Positions 29,941 through 41,314 of a stretch of 64,000 nt of DNA are shown here, piece by piece. The translations under genes were made by a program, and so were the position numbers. The notes beneath the pieces were generated by a model, which saw only the letters and a list, made by a program, of their open reading frames with translations, had not been told where the DNA came from and did no database searches. The stretch comes from Nitrospirota bacterium (lineage in GTDB: Bacteria; Nitrospirota; Nitrospiria; Nitrospirales; Nitrospiraceae), in the NCBI GenBank assembly GCA_963703955.1, contig CAVPGK010000010.1, forward strand, positions 1 through 64,000. Direction: 5' to 3'. The stretch's first letter is position 1, and each line of letters begins with the position of its first letter.

Positions 29941-31053
29941 ATGCTTGCCACCCGGGTTCACCAGAAAGACAGCCTCTTTTACTTCATCTCCTACAAGGCG
30001 ACCGATCTGCTTGAGCGCGTGCGGTTCACAAGCCGCTATGCGTTCGAAGGGGAAGCGATCGAGGCCGAGAAGCCGAAAGATGACGACGAGGTGGCCAAGT
30101 TTATTGCCAGCATTGAGCGAAGTGAGAAAGGGTTTCAACGCGCGCTCAATAAACAGAAAATCAAACAGATCGTGAACTTTTATGAGACGGTCGTGACCCA
30201 GCCGCTGATTCCAGGCACGGTGCTCCTCTTCACCGACGAAACGCTGCGCTTTCAGAAGATGGGTGAGTCCGAGTCCATTGGATTCTTGAGCGAGCCGAAG
30301 GGCCAGTATCTCATCATCGACGGTCAGCATCGAATCGCCGGCCTGTATTTTTTCAAGGAACGCCATCCGGATCAGTTTCGGCAGATCGAGGTGCCCTGCG
30401 TGCTGTTCGATGGTCGAAGCGCCGATTTTGCGACCGAGATGTTCGTCATCATCAACTCCACCCACACGCGCATCAATCGCTCGCACCTGGTGGACCTGTA
30501 TGAGAAGATCACATGGGAAAGTCCGGAGAAAAAGTTTGCAGCCAGGGTGGTCAATCTGCTGTATGGGGAGGGGGATTCCCCGCTTCAGTATAAGATCAAT
30601 CGCCTTGGCGGACGGAGCCGGCAGGAAAAATGGATTCTGCAATCAGAGCTATTCAACGAGTTGCACAAGCTGGTGGTGCATCACTCACGCTGGATCGAGT
30701 CTCATCTGGGGACGAGAGCCGATAAGTGCTATGGACTGGTGCGAGACTATCTGAAGGCTGCAAAAGAGGTGATGGGGGAGGTGTGGGGAAACAATGACCG
30801 GTACATGTTCACCCGGGATGTGACGCTCAAGGCATTGATCCGCGTGCTGGACGACCTCATCGTCGATCGCAAACTCATGAGTCATTGGGAGCTAGAGATG
30901 TCACCCCAACCCTTCGTGGCCACGCTCAGATCCTGGGCCGGCCTGGCGAAAGAGTTCCGCGCCGAAGGCTTCTACGAACGATTCGCGGCTAAAGGCCAGG
31001 TGGAACGAGTGCGCCGGATTCACACGCGGCTGATGGAAGCGGTCCTCGGATAG
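29941..31053 (+). CDS. DGQHR-domain protein (DndB/ParB-like)
   Basis: GGAGG RBS; GFQRALN, YLIIDGQHRIAG, FVIINST motifs. Confidence 0.88.
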   Translation: MLATRVHQKDSLFYFISYKATDLLERVRFTSRYAFEGEAIEAEKPKDDDEVAKFIASIERSEKGFQRALNKQKIKQIVNFYETVVTQPLIPGTVLLFTDETLRFQKMGESESIGFLSEPKGQYLIIDGQHRIAGLYFFKERHPDQFRQIEVPCVLFDGRSADFATEMFVIINSTHTRINRSHLVDLYEKITWESPEKKFAARVVNLLYGEGDSPLQYKINRLGGRSRQEKWILQSELFNELHKLVVHHSRWIESHLGTRADKCYGLVRDYLKAAKEVMGEVWGNNDRYMFTRDVTLKALIRVLDDLIVDRKLMSHWELEMSPQPFVATLRSWAGLAKEFRAEGFYERFAAKGQVERVRRIHTRLMEAVLG

Positions 31054-31172
31054 CGCCTTTTTTCGCAAATAGGTGAGTGGCTGTCCATAGAGGCACGGGA
31101 GGCATGCATGAATTCTTCATGGCGACTCTCTCTGGGTGGGCTCCTGTCTACAATGCAGAAACCTAATCGCCG

Positions 31173-31754
31173 ATGGATGCACGCGTATTGCGGCGGGTAG
31201 TCGCACCGATCAGCTTATTCTTGGCGGTGGGCGGCATATCCCCTTCAAGCTGGAGCGCCGGAGAGGATTTCTCAAGACTGCAAGTCACTAGAGATCCATC
31301 CGGCGGGGTGCGGGCGACGGCGACATTAGTGATTCCGGCGCCGCCTGATATCGTGCAAGCGATCCTAACCGATTATGCAAAATGGCCAGAGCTGTTCGAT
31401 GTGAAAATGCGGCTTGCGCATCTGGATCAGCGAGAAGGGCGAGCCGTTACGGATCTCTACATTCACCATGCATTTCTGCCGGGAGAGCGCCGGCTTTTGT
31501 GCGAGTCGGAAGTCTTACCCGGTGGTGGATTGGTGACGCGACTGCTAGGTGGAGACTTCAAGCGGTATCAACGGACGTGGAAACTCAATCCTGATAACGA
31601 CGGACAGCAGACGCACGCTGAATTTGAACTCCTGGTAGAGGTGGACACGCTCGCTCCGGACTGGCTCGTCGCCTTCACGCTGAAGCGGGAATTGGAATCA
31701 CACTTCAGCCGCCTTACCGTGAAAGCCTCCAAGATGCGCAAGCCGAAAAAGTGA
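31173..31754 (+). CDS. SRPBCC/START-like exported protein
   Basis: Signal peptide; IPAPPDIVQAILTDYAKWPELF; GDFKRYQRTW. Confidence 0.75.
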   Translation: MDARVLRRVVAPISLFLAVGGISPSSWSAGEDFSRLQVTRDPSGGVRATATLVIPAPPDIVQAILTDYAKWPELFDVKMRLAHLDQREGRAVTDLYIHHAFLPGERRLLCESEVLPGGGLVTRLLGGDFKRYQRTWKLNPDNDGQQTHAEFELLVEVDTLAPDWLVAFTLKRELESHFSRLTVKASKMRKPKK

Positions 31755-31868
31755 ATTCTTCCGATTTCTTCGTTTGACAGACATAGCTAGCTAGGGCTTG
31801 TGAGCTGTAGGCGCTCGTCAGGCCTCTCATGAGGCGAAGCGGTGCCCTGTCCTGCCTGCCAAAGAGCC

Positions 31869-32201
31869 TTACCCGCGCCGGCCGAAGTTTCGCCGGCGCT
31901 TGTCCGAGTCGACCGGCGGCGTCGGCCCATTCCAGATCAAATAGGGAGGCTTTTTCATACGACTCGCCGAATCCGGATATAACCGTATGGCATAGCCGTA
32001 TGCCTGTTCCTGAGCCTCGCGGCAGGTCGCGGCCTCGATTGGGTACCCGGAGACAGATTGCAGCTCCATCTGCTCCTTATCGCGAACAATCGACAGGTAT
32101 AGCTCGCACCGGAAATTGGATTCTCCCACATACTGGGTGCTGAGGAGCAGAAGCGAGCCATCTCGAAATGTGGTCATCGGCTCAACGTTCATCCTTGTCA
32201 T
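31869..32201 (-). CDS. Hypothetical protein
   Basis: ORF only; protein-like composition. Confidence 0.55.
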   Translation of the reverse strand: MTRMNVEPMTTFRDGSLLLLSTQYVGESNFRCELYLSIVRDKEQMELQSVSGYPIEAATCREAQEQAYGYAIRLYPDSASRMKKPPYLIWNGPTPPVDSDKRRRNFGRRG

Positions 32202-32256
32202 GTGGATGACCCCATCATCTCCGAGCGGTTTTCCTAAGGACCTGTCACTTCCTGGC

Positions 32257-32604
32257 TTAGATGGTCACGAATCTGTTTTGGTTGAACGCGCCATGGAGGT
32301 GTTCGGTAACGAGGCGGCGGTAGTCGACGTTCGCCTTGCGCTCCTTGACCATGAGAACAAGACCATCCCGATCTGTGAGTATCACAAGATCGGTCTCTGC
32401 AACCAGTTCCCGTATTGGTGTGCCCACGTCGATTCGATATTGAGTCTTACCGTCCGGATTGAGATTCGAACCATGGACGATCTCGGTCAGGCCGTCGATG
32501 GAGCCCTCAATCCCCTTGGCCCCGCATCTGACTTTCGTCCCATCCGGAATCCTGACCCACGCTCTCCCGCTGTTCGGGCGTTTGGACCTGTCCTCGTTAA
32601 CCAT
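32257..32604 (-). CDS. Hypothetical protein
   Basis: GAGG RBS; beta-rich IPDGTKVR...EGSIDGLTE...YRIDV. Confidence 0.6.
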   Translation of the reverse strand: MVNEDRSKRPNSGRAWVRIPDGTKVRCGAKGIEGSIDGLTEIVHGSNLNPDGKTQYRIDVGTPIRELVAETDLVILTDRDGLVLMVKERKANVDYRRLVTEHLHGAFNQNRFVTI

Positions 32605-32827
32605 AGTGATGCCTCACTTCTAAACGGATCTTGAGTTGCGGCGGTGTCGGTGCCGATCAGTCCTGATCTTGGAGTGGATATGGCGTTACGGGAACCAGGG
32701 AAGCGACATAGAGTGGCTAGCGTGGCTCACAACGTCATGCCCCATGCTACGCTCGAAGCACTGAGGGGGTCAAGCTATATTCGCGGGAGTAAGTGGAAAA
32801 GCATTAGTTAGAATGGGGGAGCAGGTT

Positions 32828-34010
32828 TCACCCATCCGGGAATCTGAACTCGGCGAGGTCTGCCTGTTCCAGGCCTTCCTTGACCATGGCCCCGAGATCA
32901 AATCCTCGTTCGATTTTGCGGATCTGGTCGAGGTCGGCTTTGGTGCTCGGATGAGGAGGCACAAAGAGCTTGCAGCAGTCCTGATCCGGCTCGATCGACG
33001 TCTCAAAACTTCCGATGCGTTGCGCCTGCTCCGTGATCTCGATCTTGTCCATCCCGATCAGCGGGCGGAGAATCGGCAGACCGGCGGCCTCTTCCACCAC
33101 CGTGAGGTTCCCCGGGGTTTGTGAAGCCACCTGGCCCAAGCTGTCTCCGGTAGCCAGAGCCCAGCAGCGCTCGCGTCTCGCGAGCTCCTCCGCGATGCGC
33201 ACCATCATGCGACGATACAGGACGATCCGGAAGGGCGCTGGCGCACCGAGTACGATCTGGCGCTGAATGTCGCCGAATGGAACCAGATACAGCCGCGAGT
33301 AGAGCTGAAACTGGGTCAGGTGTTGGACGATCTCACGCACCTTTTCTTCAGAAGCGCGGCTCACGTACGGCCTGCCGTGGAAATGCACGAACATGACCTT
33401 GCACCCACGCTTCATCATCCGGTAAGCGGCGACCGGTGAATCAATCCCACCGGAGATTAAGCAAGCGACTTTACCGCTGATGCCGACCGGAAGCCCGCCG
33501 GGGCCTGCATGCCGATCGACCGAATAGAAGGCGGCGTTGGAGAGGATCTCAAGGCGGATGGTCAGATCGGGGTTGCGAAGATTGACCGGCTTACCGGTGA
33601 GCTTCGCCGACGTGGGCGCCGATCTCACGGTCAATGTCCATGGATGTTCGGGGAAAGCGTTTGTCCGCTCGCTTGGTGCTGACGCGAAACGTGTTGAAGG
33701 CAAGACCCTGTACACGCTCGCCAACCGCCGTCTTGAGCGCATCAAAAGAATCGTTGCGACTCAGTGGAACAGAGTGCGCCAACGAGAAATTGGCGATGCC
33801 GAACACTCCGGCTAGGCGATTCCGCACGGACTCCCAGGGAACATTTTCACCGAGACCGACGCGAATGCGCCCCTGGAGAGACTCGACCTGAATGACCCCG
33901 AGATCACGAAGGCATCCTCGCAGGTTGCGAACCAAACGCTGCTCAAAGAACGGCCGGTTTCGTCCTTTGAGAGCGAGTTCATGGTAGTGGATGATCGCGC
34001 AACGCATCAC
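32828..34010 (-). CDS. thiI: tRNA 4-thiouridine synthase ThiI (no rhodanese domain), frameshift near 33590
   Basis: HYHELALKGRNR, THUMP domain, SGGIDSPV PP-loop, GQVASQT, LRPLIG, DCC. Confidence 0.93.
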
Positions 34011-34196
34011 TAACCTTTTCCATCACTTCCATCATTGGACACCCGGTATTTGGCCAAGGTGGCTGGGCTGTTACCCACTGTGCGGATCCAGTACACCCGC
34101 CCAGCCCCGGGCGCGCCGAGACGCGCCTCTTTCCTCGGGCGACCACACACCGATCGTGCGCGGTGGACGAGCACGGGTGAGAGCCTCGCACGTTCT

Positions 34197-35120
34197 TTAT
34201 CTTGTCTCTAGAGTCTCCAGATACCGTTCCGCATCCATCGCCGCCATGCAGCCCGAGCCAGCTGCCGTGATGGCCTGTCGATAGCGCGCATCCTGCACAT
34301 CCCCGGCCGCGAACACGCCCGGAACGCTCGTCTCCATTCCGTTCTTGGTGATGATGTATCCTCTCGCATCCATCTCGAGCTGACCATCGAACAGGCGGGT
34401 ATTGGGACTATGACCGATCGCGACGAAGACGCCGGCGCAGCTCATTTCCCATATTCGGCCGGTGACGACATTGCGCAAGCGAACACCGGTCACCAGGTCG
34501 TCACCCAGGATTTCTTCCACGACCGAGTTCCAGATGAACGAGATTTTTTCATTCTTGAGCGAGCGGTCTTGCATGATCTTGGAGGCTCGCAACTTGTCCC
34601 GCCGATGGACCACGGTAACGCGGGAGGCGAATCGTGTCAGAAAATTCGCCTCCTCCATGGCGGTATCGCCGCCGCCCACCACGACTATTTCCTTTCCTCT
34701 GAAAAAGAAGCCATCGCAGGTCGCGCAGCTGGACAGGCCATGCCCCATGAGTTTGGACTCACCCGGAAGGCCAAGCCAGATGGCGGAGGCGCCGGTCGCG
34801 ATGATCAACGTGCGAGCCTCGACCACGCGTTCGCCCTCGATCGTCACGGTCAGGGGAGCGCGCGTGAGATCGACGGCCGACACATTTCCCGTTGCAAATT
34901 CCGTCCCAAACCGTTCGGCTTGTGCCCGCATCTCCTTCATCAGGTCCGGGCCCATGATCGCATGGGAAAACCCCGGATAATTCTCCACGTCCGTTGTCAA
35001 GGTCAATTGGCCGCCGGCCCGCATGCCTTCGCTAAGAAGGGGGGCCAGATTGGCGCGAGCGGCATAAATTGCTGCGGTGAGCCCAGCCGGACCGGAGCCC
35101 ATGATGACAACATTTCGCAT
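34197..35120 (-). CDS. trxB: Thioredoxin-disulfide reductase
   Basis: [31 protein letters not shown]. Confidence 0.97.
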   Translation of the reverse strand: MRNVVIMGSGPAGLTAAIYAARANLAPLLSEGMRAGGQLTLTTDVENYPGFSHAIMGPDLMKEMRAQAERFGTEFATGNVSAVDLTRAPLTVTIEGERVVEARTLIIATGASAIWLGLPGESKLMGHGLSSCATCDGFFFRGKEIVVVGGGDTAMEEANFLTRFASRVTVVHRRDKLRASKIMQDRSLKNEKISFIWNSVVEEILGDDLVTGVRLRNVVTGRIWEMSCAGVFVAIGHSPNTRLFDGQLEMDARGYIITKNGMETSVPGVFAAGDVQDARYRQAITAAGSGCMAAMDAERYLETLETR

Positions 35121-35249
35121 GAGAGGAATCTAACATAGAGCATCGGGTGGTTGCACGACCACGCGGATGTTCAATGCAGGGTTGCTTGTCAAGGGCGAAC
35201 GGCCTCTTGCCGACTTGACAATATAGGTTTTGGCGCTATCTATTCCCAT

Positions 35250-35894
35250 ATGGAACGGTATCTTACCTACGATGAGAAGAAGGCAGCCGAAGCCGCGTTC
35301 CGCGGGTTGCCTTGTGACCCGAAGTGGTCGGAGACTGCGCGCGGGGTTTATGAGGGAATAATCAAGGCCCGTCATGGTCATCCGCCGATCGATTTCACAG
35401 ACGAGCAGATGGCTCACACCGGGGACCTAGAAGCCGAGAACGGTCGGCCGGCCGGATGGTCGAAAGACGTCATCAGCGAGGAAGCGGAGCCGGGGAAGGC
35501 AGGCGAGACTCAGAATGCCATTCTCAATCGTGACGAAGCGATCCAAGCCGGTATCTTGATCGACGTCACACCTCAAGCTCAGGAATTAGGCCTCAATCTT
35601 CCGGTGGGTATCAGCAAACCTCTGTGGGAAATCGGCATCACCGCTTCACATAAATTGCACGACGACGAATACAGCGATCGTGTACGGGACGTGCTCATGG
35701 CTCTTCGACTTCACCTGGAGACCACAGAGGTCTCCTCTCCCTGGATCAAATTTCCGGTGCTCCTTTCGTTTCCTCCCGACGCGTCGCCCCAGGTGTGCTC
35801 GTTGTATGCCGTCGCGCACAAGGATCCGTCCGCTCCCTATTCCCTGACGCTGTTGCTCCCCCACGAGATGTCCGCGATCAAGCCGTCTGAGTAG
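35250..35894 (+). CDS. Hypothetical protein with DUF6573-like C-terminal domain
   Basis: RDEAIQAGILIDVT...A.ELG...PV pattern; TTGACA at 35215. Confidence 0.6.
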   Translation: MERYLTYDEKKAAEAAFRGLPCDPKWSETARGVYEGIIKARHGHPPIDFTDEQMAHTGDLEAENGRPAGWSKDVISEEAEPGKAGETQNAILNRDEAIQAGILIDVTPQAQELGLNLPVGISKPLWEIGITASHKLHDDEYSDRVRDVLMALRLHLETTEVSSPWIKFPVLLSFPPDASPQVCSLYAVAHKDPSAPYSLTLLLPHEMSAIKPSE

Positions 35895-35941
35895 AGGGCT
35901 GCCGAAAGGCCTCCAGCGGAGATCTCGCCTCACAAGCATCC

Positions 35942-36619
35942 TCAACGACTTGCGAATGCACGCTTCCGGTTTCTACTCGGCTGCCGACTTGCTGGATGAC
36001 CTTCTTGAGCAGCCTGCATGGCAAGCCCTTTAACCTCCGAGTAAATCCTTCTAATGGTCGGACGAAGCCGTTCGATCGAAAGTGTTCCGTCAATGACGTA
36101 GTCGGCGAGTGCGAGCTTCTTGCGCAGCGGGATCTGCGCGCGGATGCGCCGTAAGGCTTCCGCGCGACTTATGTGATTTCTGACCTGCAAGCGGGAGATT
36201 TGTGCTGGCTGATCCGCCGACACGACAACGATCTTGTCCATGCGCTTGTGCGCCTCCGCTTCAATGAGGAGCGGCGCATCGTAGATCACGACGGCCTCGG
36301 GTTTCTTGTCCGCAAGTTCCCGTACCAATCGCGCCTGCTCTCGCGCCACCCGAGGGTGGACGATCCGATTAAGCGCGCTGAGCTTAGGAGAGTGGCGAAA
36401 AACTATTCGTGCAATGGCCTGCCGATCCAGTGTGCGATCTGGCTGGAGCACAGCTCGACCATACTCACGGACGATATCTCGCCAGGCAGGTTTCCCAGGC
36501 TGAACGACCTGGCGAGCTAGGATGTCCGCATCGATGACTACTGCCCCGCACTCCTGAAAGAGTTTGGCGACGGTGCTCTTTCCGGTTGCAAGTCCACCGG
36601 TTAAGCCCACAACGACCAT
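35942..36619 (-). CDS. coaE: Dephospho-CoA kinase
   Basis: GLTGGLATGKST, DADILAR, IVHPRV, DAPLLIE. Confidence 0.95.
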   Translation of the reverse strand: MVVVGLTGGLATGKSTVAKLFQECGAVVIDADILARQVVQPGKPAWRDIVREYGRAVLQPDRTLDRQAIARIVFRHSPKLSALNRIVHPRVAREQARLVRELADKKPEAVVIYDAPLLIEAEAHKRMDKIVVVSADQPAQISRLQVRNHISRAEALRRIRAQIPLRKKLALADYVIDGTLSIERLRPTIRRIYSEVKGLAMQAAQEGHPASRQPSRNRKRAFASR

Positions 36620-36717
36620 GCCGGAGGATACCACGCACCTCTCGACCCCCACAAGAAATGGCAGACGCTGACACGGCTGGCTTGACTTGGGAGAATACTT
36701 CCCTGTATCACGCTGAC

Positions 36718-37770
36718 ATGGTGGAGCGATATCAGCAGGCGTGGGTTTTGTACCTTGCGCTGATGATGTCCCTGGGTTGGATGACGTCCGCCAGGGCCGG
36801 TGACGCGGAAGAGCCACTACACATCGTCGGGACCCGCACCATCCTGGTGGCGCTCGATGGGAGTGGTGAGTATCGGTCGATTCAGGAGGCGGTCGATGGC
36901 GCTGGCCGTGGAGCCACGGTCCGGATCAAAGCCGGTTCCTATCAGGAAGACGTCACGATTCATAGTAAGGAAGGGATCCGGGTGATCGGGGAGGGTGTCG
37001 ACCGTGTGAAGGTCGTGGGACGGAACCGCGTAGGCTCCTTCCATATCGGAAAATGGCCTTACGGAGCGACCAATATCGAGATCAGCGGCCTCACGATCCA
37101 GGAACACGGTGGCCTGGCCATGGGTATCTTCAATGGGCGCGGGATCCTGTTGCGCGACGTCCGGATCAACGGAATGTTGTTTGCACAGCAGGTGCAGGAT
37201 GTCCGCATCGAGCAGTGTATCCTCGGCGCTAGCGAGACCACCGGCGTGCAGTTTGCCGATTCCCAAGCTGTCCTGGTGGGAAATCTCATTCATGATAACG
37301 ACCATGGCGTCACGGTGGCCGGAAAATCCGACGTCCGCCTGGAACACAACGTGATCATTCAGAACCTCTTTGAAGGTGTCGTGGTGACCGACAGCGCGCG
37401 CGGGGTTCTGCTGAATAACACGATCGTCAAGAACGGCGGCGGCCTCGCCTTTCTGGAGACCTCTCTGGGGGAAGCAACAGGGAACATCGTCGGTTTGAAC
37501 AAGATCGGATTCGTCATCGGGCCTTCGAGTCAGCCGCGGCTCTCTTACAATGCCCTCAACAACAACGAATATGATTACCTGCGGGCAGGTACGCCCAATC
37601 TTCCCGCGCCGGAATTAAGGACGGACACGGACGTGGCGGCGGACCCGCGATTCGTCGATTCCGGTCACGATGATTTCCGTTTGCGTCCCGATAGTCCGCT
37701 GCTTCGGGTCGGGCAGTTTGCCTATCTGGGTGCCTTGCCGCCGCTTGACGCCAAACAGTCCTCACCGTAG
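36718..37770 (+). CDS. Exported right-handed parallel beta-helix protein
   Basis: SIQEAVD...IKAGSYQE; PbH1-like repeats; DPRFVD...DFRLRPDSP. Confidence 0.85.
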   Translation: MVERYQQAWVLYLALMMSLGWMTSARAGDAEEPLHIVGTRTILVALDGSGEYRSIQEAVDGAGRGATVRIKAGSYQEDVTIHSKEGIRVIGEGVDRVKVVGRNRVGSFHIGKWPYGATNIEISGLTIQEHGGLAMGIFNGRGILLRDVRINGMLFAQQVQDVRIEQCILGASETTGVQFADSQAVLVGNLIHDNDHGVTVAGKSDVRLEHNVIIQNLFEGVVVTDSARGVLLNNTIVKNGGGLAFLETSLGEATGNIVGLNKIGFVIGPSSQPRLSYNALNNNEYDYLRAGTPNLPAPELRTDTDVAADPRFVDSGHDDFRLRPDSPLLRVGQFAYLGALPPLDAKQSSP

Positions 37771-37887
37771 CCGAAGCCGAGCGGCACCACCCAACCGAGT
37801 TCGTGTGGTATCATGAATGCAGGAAGGCAAGAGGATCTCGAGTACGCTTGCTCACGTCTCCATGCAACAGTTCAGCAAGGAGGTATC

Positions 37888-38073
37888 ATGGCCAGCTACC
37901 GATCCGAACATGAACGATCCTGTCTTGAAGGGACTCCCTCGTTGGAAGAGATGGAAGTGGGAAAGCCTGTCGGGGCGATCCTGCCGATGTCTGAGCATGC
38001 ACAAGTCGCTCTACGCGACAGTATCGAACTGATCGATTATCTCATGAACCAGGATGAGGTGACCTGGAACTGA
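37888..38073 (+). CDS. Small hypothetical protein
   Basis: AAGGAGG RBS before ATG. Confidence 0.5.
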   Translation: MASYRSEHERSCLEGTPSLEEMEVGKPVGAILPMSEHAQVALRDSIELIDYLMNQDEVTWN

Positions 38074-38378
38074 TCACGTGGGGCGGGTGCGCGAGTGTTC
38101 TGCCATAGTGTGCTGATTGATGCGATGACTTTCTTCTACCAGAACTTTCGCCTTCCTCCTTCCCGCCCACCCGCAATCTTCCCTAACCTGACCGATCATC
38201 CGACCCGGTCTCTTTTGTCCTAGCAGCTCACGCCTATCCTCGTATAACATTTCAGCGCATTTGGTAACGATCGATTCGTCTTGGGGACTTTACCCGTAGG
38301 CCATGCGCTAGGTCGAGGAGTCGGTCCGCGCAGAATCAAAGAAGTTCTAGAGATTTCTCTGAAGGCGAAAGCAAGACG

Positions 38379-41045
38379 ATGGTAGGCAAGAAGGAAGCTA
38401 CGGCTGAAGACCGGAGATTAGAGGAGGATGCTCGGCGCGAGAAGCATTGGAAACGCTGGGGACCTTACCTCAGCGAGCGTGCGTGGGGAACCGTCCGCGA
38501 GGACTACAGTCCATATGGCACGGCCTGGGAGCATCTTCCGCACGACCATGCGCGGTCGAAAGCTTACCGGTGGAATGAAGACGGGCTCGCCGGGATCTCC
38601 GACCGACATCAAATGATCTGCTTTGCGCTGGCTCTGTGGAATGGCCGCGATCCGATCCTCAAGGAACGGGTGTTTGGTCTGACGGGGAACGAGGGCAATC
38701 ACGGTGAGGACGTCAAAGAGTACTACTTCTACCTGGATTCCACACCCACCCACTCCTATATGAAATACCTCTATAAGTATCCACAGGCGGAGTTTCCTTA
38801 TGCGCGACTGGTCGAGGAAAACAGACGCCGCGGGCGCAATGCCCCGGAGTTCGAATTGCTTGAGACCGGCGCATTTGATCAGGATCGGTATTTCGATGTC
38901 TTTGTGGAATACGCCAAAGCCTCGCCAGAAGACCTCCTGATCCGCATCCAGGTCATCAATCGTGGCCCGGATGTCGCAGAATTGGCTGTCCTCCCGACGA
39001 TGTGGTTTCGCAATACCTGGTCCTGGGGACTCGACGTGCGTCGCCCGCGCTTGCGCGCCGCCGCTGGCGACACACGGGCGATCGAAATGAATCACGATTA
39101 CTATGGCTACCGTCGGCTGCTGTGCGAGGGAATACCCGATCTTCTCTTTACAGAAAATGAAACGAACATTCGAAGGCTCCATGGAATCGAAGACGGCGAG
39201 CGTTACGTCAAGGACGGCATCAATGACTATGTCGTGCATGGCGACAAGGGGGCTATCAATCCGGACCGGATCGGTTCGAAAGCGGCCGCTCATTACGTGC
39301 TGGTTCTCGACCCTGGTGGGACCGTAACTATCCGTCTTCGATTCACCGACAGCCAATCCACTGTCTCGCCATTTGGCAGTGCGTTCGACGCCGTCGTTTC
39401 GCAACGACTGCAAGAGGCCGATGAATTCTACGCGCGATTGGCGCCTGCTCGTTTGTCCGAAGACGCCCATCGTGTTCAACGTCAAGCCTTTGGCGGGCTG
39501 CTGTGGAGCAAGCAATTCTATCACTATGACGTCAACCGTTGGCTCAAGGGCGATCCGGCTGGGCCTGAACCGCCCGTGACTCGTCTTCGCGGGAGAAACC
39601 ATGACTGGACCCATCTCTATAATGCCGATGTCATTTCGATGCCGGACAAATGGGAGTATCCCTGGTATGCGGCCTGGGATCTTGCGTTCCATTGCATTCC
39701 GCTGGCTTTGGTCGACCCCACGTTTGCCAAGGATCAACTCGTCTTGCTGTTGCGCGAATGGTACATGCACCCCAACGGGCAACTGCCGGCCTATGAATGG
39801 TCTTTTGGCGACGTCAATCCGCCCGTGCATGCCTGGGCCGCCTGGCGTGTCTACAAAATCGAAAAGAAACGACGTGGCGTAGGAGATCGGACATTTCTCG
39901 AACGCGTCTTTCACAAGCTGCTTCTGAATTTCACTTGGTGGGTTAATCGTAAGGATGCCAAAGGAAAGAATATCTTCCAGGGCGGATTCCTGGGGCTCGA
40001 CAACATCGGAGTCTTTGATCGCAGCGCTCCTCTGCCGACCGGTGGCCACATCGAACAGTCCGACGCCACCAGTTGGATGGGCATGTATTGTCTGAACATG
40101 CTGGCGATCGCGATGGAATTGGCCAAGGAGAACCGTGCGTATGAAGATGTGTCCAGCAAATTTTTCGAGCATTTTGTCTACATTTGCCGGGCGATGAATA
40201 ACATCGGCGAAGAAAAAATCGAACTGTGGGATAAGCAGGACGGGTTCTTTTACGACGTGTTACATCTCCCAGATGGCCGCAATTTTCCCATGAAGGTGCG
40301 CTCGATGGTCGGGTTGATTCCGCTGTTCGCCGTAGAAACTCTTGATTCCGAATTAGTGGACCGGCTCCCTCGGTTTAAGCATCGGCTGCAGTGGTTTATC
40401 GAAAACCGGCCCGACTTCAGCGCGCATGTCGAAGCGCAATCGTACGAATCCGGTGTGCGCCGGTTCCTGTCGCTGGTTCATCGTCATCGGCTTCGACAGG
40501 TCCTTCGGTACATGCTGGACGAAAGGGAGTTTCTGGCTCCGTGCGGAATTCGTGCCCTCTCCCAATACCACCGAGAGCATCCCTATACGCTCTCGGTGAC
40601 GGGAATGGAATATCGTGTGGACTACGAACCGGCTGAGTCCAGCACCGGCCTCTTCGGTGGCAATTCCAATTGGCGTGGGCCGGTCTGGTTTCCGGTTAAC
40701 TACCTGATCATCGAGTCACTTCAGAAATTTCATTATTTCTTAGGCGACAGTTACCTGGTCGAGTGCCCTACCGGTTCCGGCCGAATGATGACGTTGCATG
40801 AAGTGGCGACCGAGCTGTCACGTCGCCTGACGCGCATCTTTCTTCGAGACGCGGACGGCCGGAGACCGGTCTATGGCGGCGCGAAAAAGTTTCAGCACGA
40901 TCCCCACTGGCGTGATCTGATTCTCTTCTATGAATATTTTCATGGCGATAATGGTTCCGGCATCGGGGCCAGTCATCAGACAGGGTGGACAGGCCTGGTC
41001 GCGAAATGTCTCGATGTTCTTTCGCGCAGTGGATTCAAGGAGTGA
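38379..41045 (+). CDS. GH63/MGH1-like glycoside hydrolase
   Basis: [57 protein letters not shown]. Confidence 0.92.
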   Translation: MVGKKEATAEDRRLEEDARREKHWKRWGPYLSERAWGTVREDYSPYGTAWEHLPHDHARSKAYRWNEDGLAGISDRHQMICFALALWNGRDPILKERVFGLTGNEGNHGEDVKEYYFYLDSTPTHSYMKYLYKYPQAEFPYARLVEENRRRGRNAPEFELLETGAFDQDRYFDVFVEYAKASPEDLLIRIQVINRGPDVAELAVLPTMWFRNTWSWGLDVRRPRLRAAAGDTRAIEMNHDYYGYRRLLCEGIPDLLFTENETNIRRLHGIEDGERYVKDGINDYVVHGDKGAINPDRIGSKAAAHYVLVLDPGGTVTIRLRFTDSQSTVSPFGSAFDAVVSQRLQEADEFYARLAPARLSEDAHRVQRQAFGGLLWSKQFYHYDVNRWLKGDPAGPEPPVTRLRGRNHDWTHLYNADVISMPDKWEYPWYAAWDLAFHCIPLALVDPTFAKDQLVLLLREWYMHPNGQLPAYEWSFGDVNPPVHAWAAWRVYKIEKKRRGVGDRTFLERVFHKLLLNFTWWVNRKDAKGKNIFQGGFLGLDNIGVFDRSAPLPTGGHIEQSDATSWMGMYCLNMLAIAMELAKENRAYEDVSSKFFEHFVYICRAMNNIGEEKIELWDKQDGFFYDVLHLPDGRNFPMKVRSMVGLIPLFAVETLDSELVDRLPRFKHRLQWFIENRPDFSAHVEAQSYESGVRRFLSLVHRHRLRQVLRYMLDEREFLAPCGIRALSQYHREHPYTLSVTGMEYRVDYEPAESSTGLFGGNSNWRGPVWFPVNYLIIESLQKFHYFLGDSYLVECPTGSGRMMTLHEVATELSRRLTRIFLRDADGRRPVYGGAKKFQHDPHWRDLILFYEYFHGDNGSGIGASHQTGWTGLVAKCLDVLSRSGFKE

Positions 41046-41088
41046 GTCGGTCTTCCGTTCTTTCCTCCGCGCCGATTGCGCCGCCGCA

Positions 41089-41314
41089 CCCTATTTCACC
41101 GATCCGCCGTTCGGGCTCCCGAAGGTCTTCGATGATCCCCTCAAAGAGCTGCCCTACAGCGGCGTGTTCCGCGTGTCGTCGGCAAGGTTCAACTGCTGAG
41201 CACCGATCTGAGCGAGGATACGTTAGACAGGCTGAAGGCGGATCAGCAGGGCAATGTGATGTCAGTGGACCGGGCGGGATCTGGATCCTCTCGCCGGAAG
41301 GTAAGCGCCTCGGG
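41089..41314 (+). pseudogene. Relic of an SMP-30/gluconolactonase family gene
   Basis: YFTDPPFGLPKVFDDPLKELPYSGVFRV and SGPGGIWILSPEGKRLG in different frames; rest missing. Confidence 0.75.

Noticed and set aside
28442..31053. Complete dnd or dpd DNA modification island
   Set aside because: No dndCDE, dpdA/tgt, queCDE or nuclease genes in the window
38418..40172. Long antisense ORFs (also 42788-43912, 47352-48383, 50459-51724 and the 5' part of 29416-30642)
   Set aside because: Shadows of well-supported genes on the opposite strand in GC-rich DNA; no recognisable motifs
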